A stretch of DNA of 64,000 nt from an uncultured Candidatus Saccharibacteria bacterium. GTDB lineage: Bacteria > Patescibacteriota > Saccharimonadia > Saccharimonadales > Saccharimonadaceae. The stretch is from the NCBI GenBank assembly GCA_947166125.1, contig CAMVCW010000004.1, positions 2,949 to 66,948 on the forward strand. The letters run 5' to 3'. Below the pieces are notes generated by a model. It did not search any database, was not told the DNA's origin, and was given only the letters and a program-made list of their open reading frames with translations. Position numbers and translations under genes: made by a program. Below, piece by piece: positions 35,922 through 45,782 of this stretch (its first letter is position 1; every line of letters begins with the position of its first letter).

Positions 35922-38900
35922 CTATCTCTCAATATGTCCATTAAGTTGTAGCCAACTTCTCAGCATAGTCCCGTACGGATGATATTCTCTTTCAAAATCA
36001 ATCACGGCATCTTTGGCCTCTTGATTAAGACTATTCCACCATTGCGAGATACCTGTGGCAGTATTATTATCGTTGATATTGCCAGACATATAATTAACAC
36101 CATCTTCTCCGACCAAATTGCCAAAATCTCTTCTTATGCGCTCGGTGAACTCGGCTTTTGCCGTATCTGCTTGTTCCGCTGATTGCGCGGGCGGAGTATT
36201 CCGTCCTAATGTGGCCTCCTGATTCATGTTATTATTTTCTACAGTATTAGCAGTACGTGGGCCACCCAATCCGACTCGTGAAGTCTGAGCCGTCGCTATG
36301 CCACCGTATGATATATCGCGCGGAATTTCCGTAACTGTAGTTTTGACAAAATCATACATTGCAGGATGTTCTACAGTAGTTTCTGCTACTTGCTGAATCT
36401 TGCCAGAGAAAGAATCCGGGCCTAAGTCTGTGGCAAATGGTATGATGTGGGATATACCGTTAGCATCTTTGCCATTGTCTAACACGATTTCGGCGTATTT
36501 ATAGAGTTTCTCCCCGTTGTTGCTAACTGCCTGAATAGTTTCACCGGTAGTCGTAGTAAATAATCCGTTCTCCCCCCACGCAAGCTCTCCGGCGGAATTG
36601 ACCTTTGATGCTATTTCAAATTTACTATCACCGATAGTCAAATAAAGCTTGACTCGCCCTGCAGCTGCGGCCGCATCATAGTCTAACGCTTCCCCTCCCA
36701 TCGTTGATACGCCATGCATACCAGAAGTAATTTGACCGTTATTGAGATAAAGTCTCAATTCATTACCATCAGAAACAGACGTGCCATTATTGGCCCAGCC
36801 GTCATATTCAACCTTAACTTGGGCAGTAGACTGAGATGGATCAACTTCGACTAAATCTTTCTTGGTTTCTGTCCAGGCAGCAGTTTTTTCGACTTTGGTA
36901 TACCCGGCCTGTTCATATTGATTTATTTCCGTTTGTCTATCGCCACTTATATCTTCGATCGTATCAACATGTGTTTCAGTACGAACGCTAGGCCCAGCTA
37001 AACTTGCAAGAATGGTTTCTTGCGCATTTTCGTTATTTTGAGTCTTAAGAAGACCAGCTTTTTCAAATAAACCAACTTTGTTTGGATCGATAGCCGCCAT
37101 GATCTCTTGAGAAGCAAAGAATACTGCAGAACCAATCAATACGGTTTTACCAGCCTGCTTTACGGCTTGAGCCGCGCGTACTTTGCGAAAATCTTGATCA
37201 TTTTCGTTTACGTCGTTATTAATTTCTTTACGGACTACTGTTTTTAAAATTTCCAATCTTTGTTTTTCTTCTCCGGATAGGCTCTTTTCGGCACGAATGA
37301 CAGCCATGTCCAATCTAGTCCTCTCGTCCCCCATTTTATCCGCAGACGAATAGGAAATTAAATCTTTTTGCTCAGAATCGGAGTAGCCAATTCTAACTCT
37401 GGCCTCAGCAATAGCTCTCAGTTTAGCTTCGCCATCGCCAGAGTTCAACGCCTGAGCAATATTGGAAGTCAACTCACTAGCTGGCCTTAAGTCATAAAGG
37501 GTTCCACCGATCCTGGCTTCATATTTAGCACGCTTTTTAGCACGGCGACCTCTAATTTCTTCGTCAGACATACCATCATACTCTAAACCGACAGCAGCGT
37601 CTCTCATCATACGCGCACGGTCTTCCGTGACACGGTTGCGTTCTCTCAACCCCGCCAGAGCGCCGGATACGGCTATGCCGCCCACGGGAGCCGCAATTCG
37701 AGCTGCGCTCCTAGCGCCAGTTTGGATAAGCGACCAAGCTGTTCCCACCGCCATAGCAAGAGCTTCAGCTGGGATAACTGATCCAATTTTACTACTTTCT
37801 ATTCTGTTGACTATTTTATCTATGTTATCGCGATGGGCTTCGGTGCGCATGTTATTACGAACATCGGCATTGAAAACCCTAAAACCTTCCATCACTCTGT
37901 CCATAGCTATGCCATGTTCCACTCTTTGCCTAGCTTGCATGGCGACTTCTAAATAATTATCAATCGTTGTCGCGTCTATATTTTGGCCTTGGTCCCTAGC
38001 CTCTGCCTTAATACGTTTGATGTCATTTCCAAAAATCCTTTTCAAGTCCTCGATCGAGCCCCCTTCTGGAATTTTGGTGCTAGCAAATTTTTCAATAGCA
38101 CCACGTACAGCATTAGTGGTCTCGGCGTCGGCTTCGGTTAGTTTTTCGCCGTCGTACGTACCATCTTTACGTTCTTTACCGATCTTTTCGTGAATATATT
38201 GCATATCCTCTGTGGCGCCTAGCACAAAACGTCGAATAGCGCTACCACTACGATCTCTAATTATGTCGTCCAGCATAATGTCTTTGCCGTCATCGCCGGT
38301 GCCGGCCGCACGCTCGCCAGACAACAGTTGGCGTTCGTATTTTTTCTGATAGTACTTCCTAGCTATACTACCTTTCCAGATGCGCTTAATTAAATTAGAT
38401 TTTGCTTGCTCTTCATTTAATTGTTGTTCGGCTATATCGTGAGCTAGCTCTTTCTTATCGTGGGTAAAATCAGCATTAATTGCCGCCAAAGGCCCTAGCT
38501 CCTCATCAATTTGTTTTAATCGTGCTTCGAGCCTTTTTTTCTCTTCTTCGTTTTTAACTAATTCTTCTAATTGTCTCTTTTTTTCTTCTTCTAACTTAGT
38601 TTTTTCTTCTTCCTCTACTTTAAGTTTTTCTTGTTCTTCGTGTTTTTCCTGCTCCTCCCCGACACCCTCTTCCGAAGTCTCTTTACGAGCTTCGAGATTT
38701 TTTTTATTCTCTTCATCGTGATTGCTTAGCCATTTATTATAAGCTTCTTGCTCTTCTGGAGTTCCAACGGATTGACGATCTACATAATCTTGCCTAATGC
38801 CATCGATCACATTAGTGGCTTTATCTAGCTGCTTTTCTAGCAATACCTTGGCATGTTCTTCTGTAATCTTGCCGTCTTTTATGGCTTGTTCTATTTTTTC

Positions 38901-39245
38901 AGAAATACGATCAAAATTGGCTTCCGCCTGAAGCTCTTGTTTACCTTGCTCTGATTCGAGATAGTTATTAGTCCTCAGATCATTTTTATCCGTAATCGCT
39001 CTAGCTTCAGCTTCCCTAGCCGCCTCTTCCGCTTGGTATTCTGCAGTTTTTTGGTGCATGAATTTTAACCTAGCCCCATACTCCTCATTGGTTTCACCAG
39101 GTTGTTTAGGATAAAGATCAAACTCCGTAAATGTTCGTCTTTTGCCGGTTTTATCATTGATATTCTTCTCGCCTGCATAATTAGATAAACTATCCCATTG
39201 GCTGGTCGCTGTAGCTTCGTTGTTGGGTCTTGGTGCGCTTTCCAT
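35922..39245 (-). CDS. Large hypothetical protein (coiled coil plus two hydrophobic Gly/Ala-rich segments)
   Basis: 1107-aa ORF; E/K-rich N-terminus; AAPVGGIAVSGALAG segment. Confidence 0.8.
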   Translation of the reverse strand: MESAPRPNNEATATSQWDSLSNYAGEKNINDKTGKRRTFTEFDLYPKQPGETNEEYGARLKFMHQKTAEYQAEEAAREAEARAITDKNDLRTNNYLESEQGKQELQAEANFDRISEKIEQAIKDGKITEEHAKVLLEKQLDKATNVIDGIRQDYVDRQSVGTPEEQEAYNKWLSNHDEENKKNLEARKETSEEGVGEEQEKHEEQEKLKVEEEEKTKLEEEKKRQLEELVKNEEEKKRLEARLKQIDEELGPLAAINADFTHDKKELAHDIAEQQLNEEQAKSNLIKRIWKGSIARKYYQKKYERQLLSGERAAGTGDDGKDIMLDDIIRDRSGSAIRRFVLGATEDMQYIHEKIGKERKDGTYDGEKLTEADAETTNAVRGAIEKFASTKIPEGGSIEDLKRIFGNDIKRIKAEARDQGQNIDATTIDNYLEVAMQARQRVEHGIAMDRVMEGFRVFNADVRNNMRTEAHRDNIDKIVNRIESSKIGSVIPAEALAMAVGTAWSLIQTGARSAARIAAPVGGIAVSGALAGLRERNRVTEDRARMMRDAAVGLEYDGMSDEEIRGRRAKKRAKYEARIGGTLYDLRPASELTSNIAQALNSGDGEAKLRAIAEARVRIGYSDSEQKDLISYSSADKMGDERTRLDMAVIRAEKSLSGEEKQRLEILKTVVRKEINNDVNENDQDFRKVRAAQAVKQAGKTVLIGSAVFFASQEIMAAIDPNKVGLFEKAGLLKTQNNENAQETILASLAGPSVRTETHVDTIEDISGDRQTEINQYEQAGYTKVEKTAAWTETKKDLVEVDPSQSTAQVKVEYDGWANNGTSVSDGNELRLYLNNGQITSGMHGVSTMGGEALDYDAAAAAGRVKLYLTIGDSKFEIASKVNSAGELAWGENGLFTTTTGETIQAVSNNGEKLYKYAEIVLDNGKDANGISHIIPFATDLGPDSFSGKIQQVAETTVEHPAMYDFVKTTVTEIPRDISYGGIATAQTSRVGLGGPRTANTVENNNMNQEATLGRNTPPAQSAEQADTAKAEFTERIRRDFGNLVGEDGVNYMSGNINDNNTATGISQWWNSLNQEAKDAVIDFEREYHPYGTMLRSWLQLNGHIER

Positions 39246-39247
39246 TT

Positions 39248-39559
39248 TTATTGCTCCGAAGAAAGGTAAAAGTTACGGAACTGAAGCATGGTCTCAAGCG
39301 CCACTTCGGCCAAATTAACACCAGAGGTTTGCATAAATTCAGTCATTTTTTCGTTAGTAAAATTTGGGTCATCCACCATGGAAGCAAGTTCTGCAGCTTT
39401 TTCTTCACTGAGCTGCATAATGGCGGCCTTATTGATCTGATCTAGCAATCTAGTTTTCATTTCCTGAGATAATTCTGCTTTGATTTCTGGTTCAATGTCT
39501 GTAATTCCTTTATCAACTAGTAGTGACTCGATAAATTCGTCAACACTTTGCATTTCCAT
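39248..39559 (-). CDS. DUF5663-like small acidic protein
   Basis: Similar size and composition to 30200-30493. Confidence 0.5.
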   Translation of the reverse strand: MEMQSVDEFIESLLVDKGITDIEPEIKAELSQEMKTRLLDQINKAAIMQLSEEKAAELASMVDDPNFTNEKMTEFMQTSGVNLAEVALETMLQFRNFYLSSEQ

Positions 39560-39632
39560 TTTTGTATGACCTTTCTATTAAGTTTAAGCGCTTTTCTTCA
39601 TTATAACGTTTATTGTTTAATAAGTAAAGAGC

Positions 39633-39662
39633 AAAAAATGACCCCTTTCGGGGTCATTTTTT
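39633..39662 (-). terminator. rpsA terminator
   Basis: aaaaaatgacccc-tttc-ggggtcatttttt. Confidence 0.85.
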
Positions 39663-39667
39663 TAAAT

Positions 39668-40735
39668 TTATTTAGCGATTGATAAAGAGATTTTGCGACC
39701 TTCTTTATCAATGTCTAGCACCTTGAAGTCTTTGCGTTCGTTTAGGGTAAAGATTTTTTCTGGATCGACATCAGAGCCTTCGCCAAGCTCGGATACATGA
39801 ACCAAGGCTTCCACTGCTGGAGAAATCTGTACGAATGCACCAAACGGAGTAATACGAGTAATGGTACCCTCTACTTTGGAGCCTTTTTTCAGACCTTCTA
39901 CCTCAGAAATCCATGGATCTTCTACGAGTTGCTTCATAGAGAGAGATAAGCGTTCCTTATCGATGGCGATAATTTTAGCTTCGATAGTGTCACCTACCTT
40001 GACATAATCAGATGGATTATTGACGCGCTCCCAAGAAATCTCAGAAATGTGGACTAGGCCTTCGATACCGTCTACATTTACAAATACACCGAAATCTACT
40101 ACACCGGTAACTACACCTTTCACTACATCGCCAACATTTAGTTCAGCGAAGCGAGCAGCGAGACCGTCACGGATGGCTTCTTTTTCGGAGAAGATAAGCT
40201 TATTTTCTTTCTTGTTAGCATCTAGGATGCGAACCTTAATTGCCTTCCCTACTAGAGAATTTAGGCGCTGCAAGATTTCATCCTTATCTGCGGAACCTAC
40301 GCGTGGATAATGTTCGGCAGAAAGTTGCGAAACCGGCAAGAAGCCGCGGATACCTTCGTATTCCACAAGCAAGCCACCGCGATTAGCGTCAAACGGAGTA
40401 ACCTCCACGGTTTCAGCGTTGTCAAGCTTGGCCGTGATTTCATCCCAACCTTTATCTTTGACTGCTTTACGAAGGCTAAGCAATACGTAGCCGTCCTTCA
40501 TCTCAGCCTCCACCACAGATGCAGTCACCTCGTCGCCAACGTTTAGATTACGCGCGAAAGATGCTTCCCTGCGGGGGACTAAACCTACGCCTTGCGGACC
40601 AAGGTCGATTAGTATTTCATGTTTTTTGACAGAGAGCACTGTACCTTTAATAGTGTCTCCTGTGATAACTTTTTTGAACGAATCTTCATTTGCTTTAAGA
40701 AGTTCGTCCATAGTGATTTTTTTGGCATTTGCCAT
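39668..40735 (-). CDS. rpsA: 30S ribosomal protein S1 (4 S1 domains)
   Basis: Repeated S1 motifs: GFLPVSQL, FGVFV..EGLVHISEISW, FGAFV..ALVHVSEL. Confidence 0.9.
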   Translation of the reverse strand: MANAKKITMDELLKANEDSFKKVITGDTIKGTVLSVKKHEILIDLGPQGVGLVPRREASFARNLNVGDEVTASVVEAEMKDGYVLLSLRKAVKDKGWDEITAKLDNAETVEVTPFDANRGGLLVEYEGIRGFLPVSQLSAEHYPRVGSADKDEILQRLNSLVGKAIKVRILDANKKENKLIFSEKEAIRDGLAARFAELNVGDVVKGVVTGVVDFGVFVNVDGIEGLVHISEISWERVNNPSDYVKVGDTIEAKIIAIDKERLSLSMKQLVEDPWISEVEGLKKGSKVEGTITRITPFGAFVQISPAVEALVHVSELGEGSDVDPEKIFTLNERKDFKVLDIDKEGRKISLSIAK

Positions 40736-40753
40736 ATTTAATATTTTCCTTCC

Positions 40754-40803
40754 TTAGGCTCATTAAAAAGTGTCGTTTTTACGGCACTCATGAATGAGCC
40801 TAA
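40754..40803 (-). promoter_or_regulatory. rpsA 5' UTR hairpin (possible autogenous control site)
   Basis: Stem ttaggctcatt/aatgagcctaa with an inner stem, between the TGCTAAAAT promoter and the SD. Confidence 0.5.
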
Positions 40804-40881
40804 AACTCCTATTATTTTAGCAGATTTTATGAAAAAAGTCTAGGGTTTATCTTGAGGTTGGAACGGTGTAGAATTTTAGGT

Positions 40882-41655
40882 ATGGTATACTTAGCAATAG
40901 ATATAGGGGCAACGAAAACATTGATTGCGTTGTTTTCCAAACGTGGCAGAGTGTTAAGGCGAGTAAAATTCCCTACCGCTAGGGGCTCCAAGAAGTTTTT
41001 AGCTGATTTGACGGAAAGTTTGGAGAGCTTTCAGAAATATAAAATTAGCTCAGTAGTAGTAGCTATTCCGGGCATTGTACACAAAAATTACTCAGTTCAT
41101 TTTGGCAATCGTGATTGGGACGATATTGATATTCTTACCCCTATAAAAAATTTGTTCAGTTGCCCGATCTATTTTGAAAATGATGCGAATCTAGCAACCC
41201 TCTATGAAGGCTACGGGCTATCTGGACGCACGGTGTTTTTAACCTTTTCTACTGGTATAGGTGGCGGCGTAGTAGAAAAAAATAGACTTTTACCTAACAT
41301 AAACTTTGAGCCAGGTCACCAAAAATATGAATTTAATAACAAACTATCTGAATGGGAAGACATCGCAGCGGCTAGCGCATTGGAAAAATTTTATCATACA
41401 GATCCGGCCACCGATTTACGCGGTAAAAAAATAATGCAAGACATTGCCGCCAGAATATATCTAGGTTTACCCGACATCATCAAGAGCTATCAGCCCAATA
41501 CTATCGTGCTTGGTGGGCCGATGGGTAAAATCTTTCGGCTATATTCGAAATATCTACCAAAGATAGCGGGGGTAAAATATCGACGACCGAAACGACCATT
41601 AGAATCGGTAATCTATGGATGCTATATCTATGCCAAGCAAAAGGAGCGGGAGTAA
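40882..41655 (+). CDS. ROK family protein (sugar kinase-like)
   Basis: IDIGATK, FENDANLA, TFSTGIGGG, EPGH. Confidence 0.85.
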   Translation: MVYLAIDIGATKTLIALFSKRGRVLRRVKFPTARGSKKFLADLTESLESFQKYKISSVVVAIPGIVHKNYSVHFGNRDWDDIDILTPIKNLFSCPIYFENDANLATLYEGYGLSGRTVFLTFSTGIGGGVVEKNRLLPNINFEPGHQKYEFNNKLSEWEDIAAASALEKFYHTDPATDLRGKKIMQDIAARIYLGLPDIIKSYQPNTIVLGGPMGKIFRLYSKYLPKIAGVKYRRPKRPLESVIYGCYIYAKQKERE

Positions 41656-41669
41656 TTCCCTGTTTTATC

Positions 41670-42071
41670 GTGGACGCTGGATTTTTACAGAGATTAAAGG
41701 AAGATTATCCGGAATTTAGGTTTATTAAAGGCTCTAAATTTGCCTTTAGACCACCTAGAACCATCGTTTTGGGGCCACCAGAGCTATTTTCAGAGCTTTT
41801 AGCGCTGCATGAGGTGTCTCATGCCATTTTAGAACATAAGACCTTTAGAATGGATGTGGAGCGCCTTAGAATGGAAAGTGAGGCCTGGGAGAAGGCGCGA
41901 GAGTTAGCCGATAGATACAGCATAGAGGTTAATGAGAACCTAATACAAGACGAATTGGATACATATAGAGACTGGTTGCATAGCAAATCTAAGTGCAAAA
42001 AATGCGGATTAACGCGTTATCAGACTCCAGACGGTATATATCACTGCCCTAGATGCGAGAATTTGGCGTAA
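41670..42071 (+). CDS. HExxH metallopeptidase-like protein with C-terminal zinc ribbon
   Basis: LHEVSHA; E.EAW; CKKC..CPRC; GTG start inferred. Confidence 0.65.
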   Translation: MDAGFLQRLKEDYPEFRFIKGSKFAFRPPRTIVLGPPELFSELLALHEVSHAILEHKTFRMDVERLRMESEAWEKARELADRYSIEVNENLIQDELDTYRDWLHSKSKCKKCGLTRYQTPDGIYHCPRCENLA

Positions 42072-42106
42072 AAAATCAACCTCTATTGAATTGAGGTTGA
42101 TTTTTT
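42070..42106. terminator. Bidirectional terminator
   Basis: aaaaaatcaacctc/gaggttgatttttt between convergent genes. Confidence 0.8.
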
Positions 42107-42112
42107 GTATTA

Positions 42113-42316
42113 TTAGGCAGCTTTTTTAGCTGGACCACGACGAGAGATGCGGCCACCCTTAGCGCCAGCTACACGAGCTAATGCAGGGTTAGCGGCAAAA
42201 CCGCCAGTGTGACCGTTTTGGCCACCTTTTTTACCGATACGAGCATAAAATTCTTTGCCGTATTTGGCTTTGTTAGTAGCAGCAGCTTTCATGCCACCAG
42301 CCTTAGTTCCAGACAT
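42113..42316 (-). CDS. KGG-repeat general stress-like small protein
   Basis: FYARIGKKGG, AGAKGGRISRR; TTGACA-N17-TATAAT promoter. Confidence 0.8.
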   Translation of the reverse strand: MSGTKAGGMKAAATNKAKYGKEFYARIGKKGGQNGHTGGFAANPALARVAGAKGGRISRRGPAKKAA

Positions 42317-42542
42317 CTAGAACTCCTATTCTGCCCACCAAATTCTTATAAATTAATAAAACAACCACCCTTTTACGAGTGTATATGTACATTATATCAT
42401 ACCGCTTCCGTTTTGTCAATATGCTTTTTCTTAAAATTATGTTGTAATTTATTTAGAAAATCCGAACACTAATTTTAAAAGTTCTGCACAATTTGTGGAA
42501 AAAGCCTGTTGACATTATGCGTTTCGTGAGATAAAATAGAGA

Positions 42543-42630
42543 TAGTTTTGAGTAGAATGAACTGCGAGGCTACTCAAGCTATATGTATGACCTAAGGAAC
42601 TATTTCATGAGAATGGTTCCTTCTTTTTTC
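42543..42630 (+). ncRNA. Candidate stand-alone sRNA
   Basis: TTGACA(42509)-N17-TAAAAT(42532) promoter, one hairpin, then terminator hairpin plus T6. Confidence 0.55.
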
Positions 42631-42684
42631 TCGCTACTATTACCTCTTGCCTTTTTGATGATTTTGGTGTAAAATTAGGATGTT

Positions 42685-42761
42685 GGGGTAATAGCTCAGC
42701 TGTTTAGAGCGCCGCCTTTGCAAGGCGGAGGTCCAGGGTTAGAGTCCCTGTTACTCCACCA
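42685..42761 (+). tRNA. tRNA-Ala(TGC)
   Basis: Cloverleaf, G3:U70 identity pair, anticodon TGC, encoded CCA. Confidence 0.93.
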
Positions 42762-42765
42762 GATC

Positions 42766-42842
42766 GGGGATATAGCTCAGCTGGTTAGAGCGCGTCACTG
42801 ATAATGACGAGGTCTGTGGTTCAAGTCCACATATCCCCACCA
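42766..42842 (+). tRNA. tRNA-Ile(GAT)
   Basis: Cloverleaf, anticodon GAT, encoded CCA. Confidence 0.95.
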
Positions 42843-43081
42843 GTTTTTATACAATTCAGCATTTTCGCCGATTTTTTAATAGTGGATTTTTGTTAAGTAC
42901 CTTGTAGATTCTAGAGTGCTATTTTACATCATTTTTGCACGAAAAATGGGGTAAAAAGTGCCGTTTTGTACCTATAAATTTGTCTGTTAACGCCCTAAAC
43001 AGTCTGGTCTTGTTTTCAAAAAAAAGAAAGCCCCGGCTCTGCCCACACTGGCTGTGTGGAAGTGTCGGGGGTTTGAGTAGA

Positions 43082-43705
43082 TTAGTTGTCGGCCATAGCC
43101 GTGAAGAATCGAGCGATGCGCTCAGAGTTCTTCTGGCCCATGCTGCCAATCTTCGCTTTCAGCTCTTCCGAGCATTCAGCGATGAGCGACAGGGTGGCCT
43201 TTTTGCGGCGACCGATGCCGGCATACAGCTCGTTCACTGCGCCGTCGTCAAGCCAATACGGCTCAACTTCGGCAAAGCCAACGGCGTTGCTGCCAATGAA
43301 TCCACCTTCATGATAGGTCACCTTGGCTGCTTCTGTCGCGAACTCCTCGCAGAGTTCGGGCCCAAGCGCCAGGCAGACCTCCATTGGAAGGTGGTAGCGC
43401 CGGGATGCCTCGCGGCAAGCTGCTCCATAGGAGCGCTGCCTAGCGAAATACCCCTTCTCCACGTGGACGTTATCCCAGTAGATATTATCTACGGGTCCGT
43501 CATTGTGGCGAATTACTAACGCATTATCGCTTCCGCAAATGCGATAGATGCTGTTAGCATATCCGGTGCCCGTCCAGCGGGACTGACGGCAGACGTATTC
43601 TACCTCAGTTTCCGGTGCCAGACCGGTTTCAGAGGCGATGGTGCGACCTTCCGCATAGCGAGCACGGCCGTTTTCTAATTTCATCTCATTGATAGTCATC
43701 TTCAT
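43082..43705 (-). CDS. Hypothetical protein, visibly GC-richer than its flanks
   Basis: 207-aa ORF, SD AAAGGGGA, TTGACA-N17-TATAAT promoter about 180 nt upstream. Confidence 0.7.
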   Translation of the reverse strand: MKMTINEMKLENGRARYAEGRTIASETGLAPETEVEYVCRQSRWTGTGYANSIYRICGSDNALVIRHNDGPVDNIYWDNVHVEKGYFARQRSYGAACREASRRYHLPMEVCLALGPELCEEFATEAAKVTYHEGGFIGSNAVGFAEVEPYWLDDGAVNELYAGIGRRKKATLSLIAECSEELKAKIGSMGQKNSERIARFFTAMADN

Positions 43706-44205
43706 AATGCTATCCCCTTTCGCTCTTTAACGTCTCGCGACGATTTATTAGGTCGCTAGACTGCTCTGCAACCCGTTTTAACTACCATATAGATAATCAA
43801 AACGGGTCACAGATATGCAAAAGGCTTTTACTGACAACTAATCATTTAATGTACTTAGTTGGTCTTTAAGCTTTGCTAACTATAATTGCATTATAGCACA
43901 TATGCTTATTTTTGTCAATACTATAACAATAAAAGAATTATAACATGGGGTAAAATACAGCAATTTTTGTCGAAATAGAATCGACAAAACTGAAGAGCCG
44001 CCCCGATTAATGATATTTGACGTATTCTAAATATTAGTTTGTAGATTGACTAGTTTGTTTTTTATTTCATCTCTATGGATTGTTAATGTCTGAACAATTC
44101 GCCCCCACCAGCTTACATATGACTCGGTATTGTGGCCGATTTTTTAGTGGTGAAGGTCCGTCGACGCTTCGTGGTAAACTTAAGCATTCATGATATAATA
44201 AGGTT

Positions 44206-44439
44206 ATGGATTTTACATTTAGTTTTGGGTGGTTGTTCGGAGGGCTGGCTATCGCTTTAGCCGGTGGATTGATCGTGATATTTTATCGACAAATTGCAGA
44301 CAATCTGGCGAACGGTGTATCTTCTTATGACAAAATAAAGCTATTTGGCGTGATTGCGATAGCGATTGGCTTCTTAATTGCCGCTAATCTGCATATACTG
44401 GTACTAACTTTTATTACAAATATCTTATTTGGTAGATAG
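44206..44439 (+). CDS. Small 2-TM membrane protein
   Basis: 77 aa; -10 box 6 nt before the ATG. Confidence 0.7.
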   Translation: MDFTFSFGWLFGGLAIALAGGLIVIFYRQIADNLANGVSSYDKIKLFGVIAIAIGFLIAANLHILVLTFITNILFGR

Positions 44440-45243
44440 CTAAGGGCGGAAATTATAATAAGCGGTGCCAGATTGGAGATTTACGCCGCGAATTTTGGCG
44501 AGCTCTGGTACCGTGACAAAATCATAGCCATCATTCCTAAGCTCATCTATAATAGTCGGGACGGCGTCTACGGAAGAGTCATAAATATCGTGCATCAAAA
44601 TAACTGCACCATCGTGAATTTGTTCCTTGGTAACTGCCAGAATAGCACTCGGATCCTTACTTTGCCAATCTAGAGTGTCCACTGACCACAAAATCATAGG
44701 GGTACCAACGCTATCGCGCACGGTGTTATTAATGTTGCCATATGGTGGACGAGTAAGCACTGGGGCATGCCCCAGGATATCGCTAAACACGGCCGCAGAT
44801 TCGGCAATATCATTTTTAATAGCTTGGGCCGAAATGCGCACCAGATTTTGATGATACATGGTGTGACTGGCCACGATATGACCTTCCCTCTCAGCGCGTT
44901 TTGCAATATCTGGCACCGCGCGCACCATCTTGCCTAGTGCGAAAAATGTAGCTGGGACATCTTTTTCATACAGAATATCTAGCAACCTAGGCGTAGTTAC
45001 GCTAGAAGGCCCATCATCAAAAGTAAGCGCTACAAGCTTTTTACCAGTAAGGTCGCGCTTAATGCGTACGTGATGTGCCATAGGAGCGATTTTAATCTTG
45101 TTGTATGGATCCATCGTTTTGGATATAGTGAGATCCAATAAATCCAAGATGGCAAGAATGCCTATAGCCAAAACAGCGACGATTTTGAGCCATGGGAAAC
45201 GAATATCTATGCGCCTAAAAAACGAGCTGTCGCGTGTACTCAT
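44440..45243 (-). CDS. NodB/PgdA-type polysaccharide (peptidoglycan) deacetylase, membrane anchored
   Basis: LTFDDGP, HTMYH, RPPYG, LWSVDTLDW, ILMHD. Confidence 0.9.
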   Translation of the reverse strand: MSTRDSSFFRRIDIRFPWLKIVAVLAIGILAILDLLDLTISKTMDPYNKIKIAPMAHHVRIKRDLTGKKLVALTFDDGPSSVTTPRLLDILYEKDVPATFFALGKMVRAVPDIAKRAEREGHIVASHTMYHQNLVRISAQAIKNDIAESAAVFSDILGHAPVLTRPPYGNINNTVRDSVGTPMILWSVDTLDWQSKDPSAILAVTKEQIHDGAVILMHDIYDSSVDAVPTIIDELRNDGYDFVTVPELAKIRGVNLQSGTAYYNFRP

Positions 45244-45736
45244 ACATAGCTATCCCGGCAGCAACGCCTACGTTAACAGAACGAGTAGAGCCGAAGCTCT
45301 CAATATAGCGCACATCGTGGGCTTTTTCTAGCAACTCTGGAGTAATACCGTTATTCTCTGAGCCAAAAATTAAGGTAGTATTTTGAATAAATTTTTTATC
45401 ATGTAGGGGCACGGCACGGGGAGTGTTGTTTTCCATAGCGACTAATTCCCTGCCTTTTTGAGTTTTTAAGAAATCTTCTATGGTAGGGTGATGAATAATT
45501 TCTAGATATTTATCTGTACACATGGCACCGCGGCGGTTGTATTTTTTCTTGCCGATGATATGAACTTTACTAACATTAAAAGAGTTGGCAGAGCGCACAA
45601 TGGTGCCGATGTTAAAATCGTGTTCAACATTTTCTATCGCGACCTCTAATGGTATACGTTTTTTATCTAACGCAGCAAAAACTTGCTCGTTGGGCATACC
45701 TTTGTATTCATCTACGAGATTTCGCGTATCTTCCAT
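45215..45736 (-). CDS. TrmH/SpoU family RNA methyltransferase
   Basis: NIGTIVRS, IFGSENNGI, SVNVGVAAGI SPOUT motifs. Confidence 0.85.
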   Translation of the reverse strand: MEDTRNLVDEYKGMPNEQVFAALDKKRIPLEVAIENVEHDFNIGTIVRSANSFNVSKVHIIGKKKYNRRGAMCTDKYLEIIHHPTIEDFLKTQKGRELVAMENNTPRAVPLHDKKFIQNTTLIFGSENNGITPELLEKAHDVRYIESFGSTRSVNVGVAAGIAMYEYTRQLVF

Positions 45737-45782
45737 ATCTGTATTATATCATGTGATATAATTATTTTAATCAGGAGGTAAG

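Noticed and set aside
45520-45535. ATGGCACCGC match inside the trmH-like gene
   Set aside because: Isolated 10-mer without partner boxes or stems; treated as chance.
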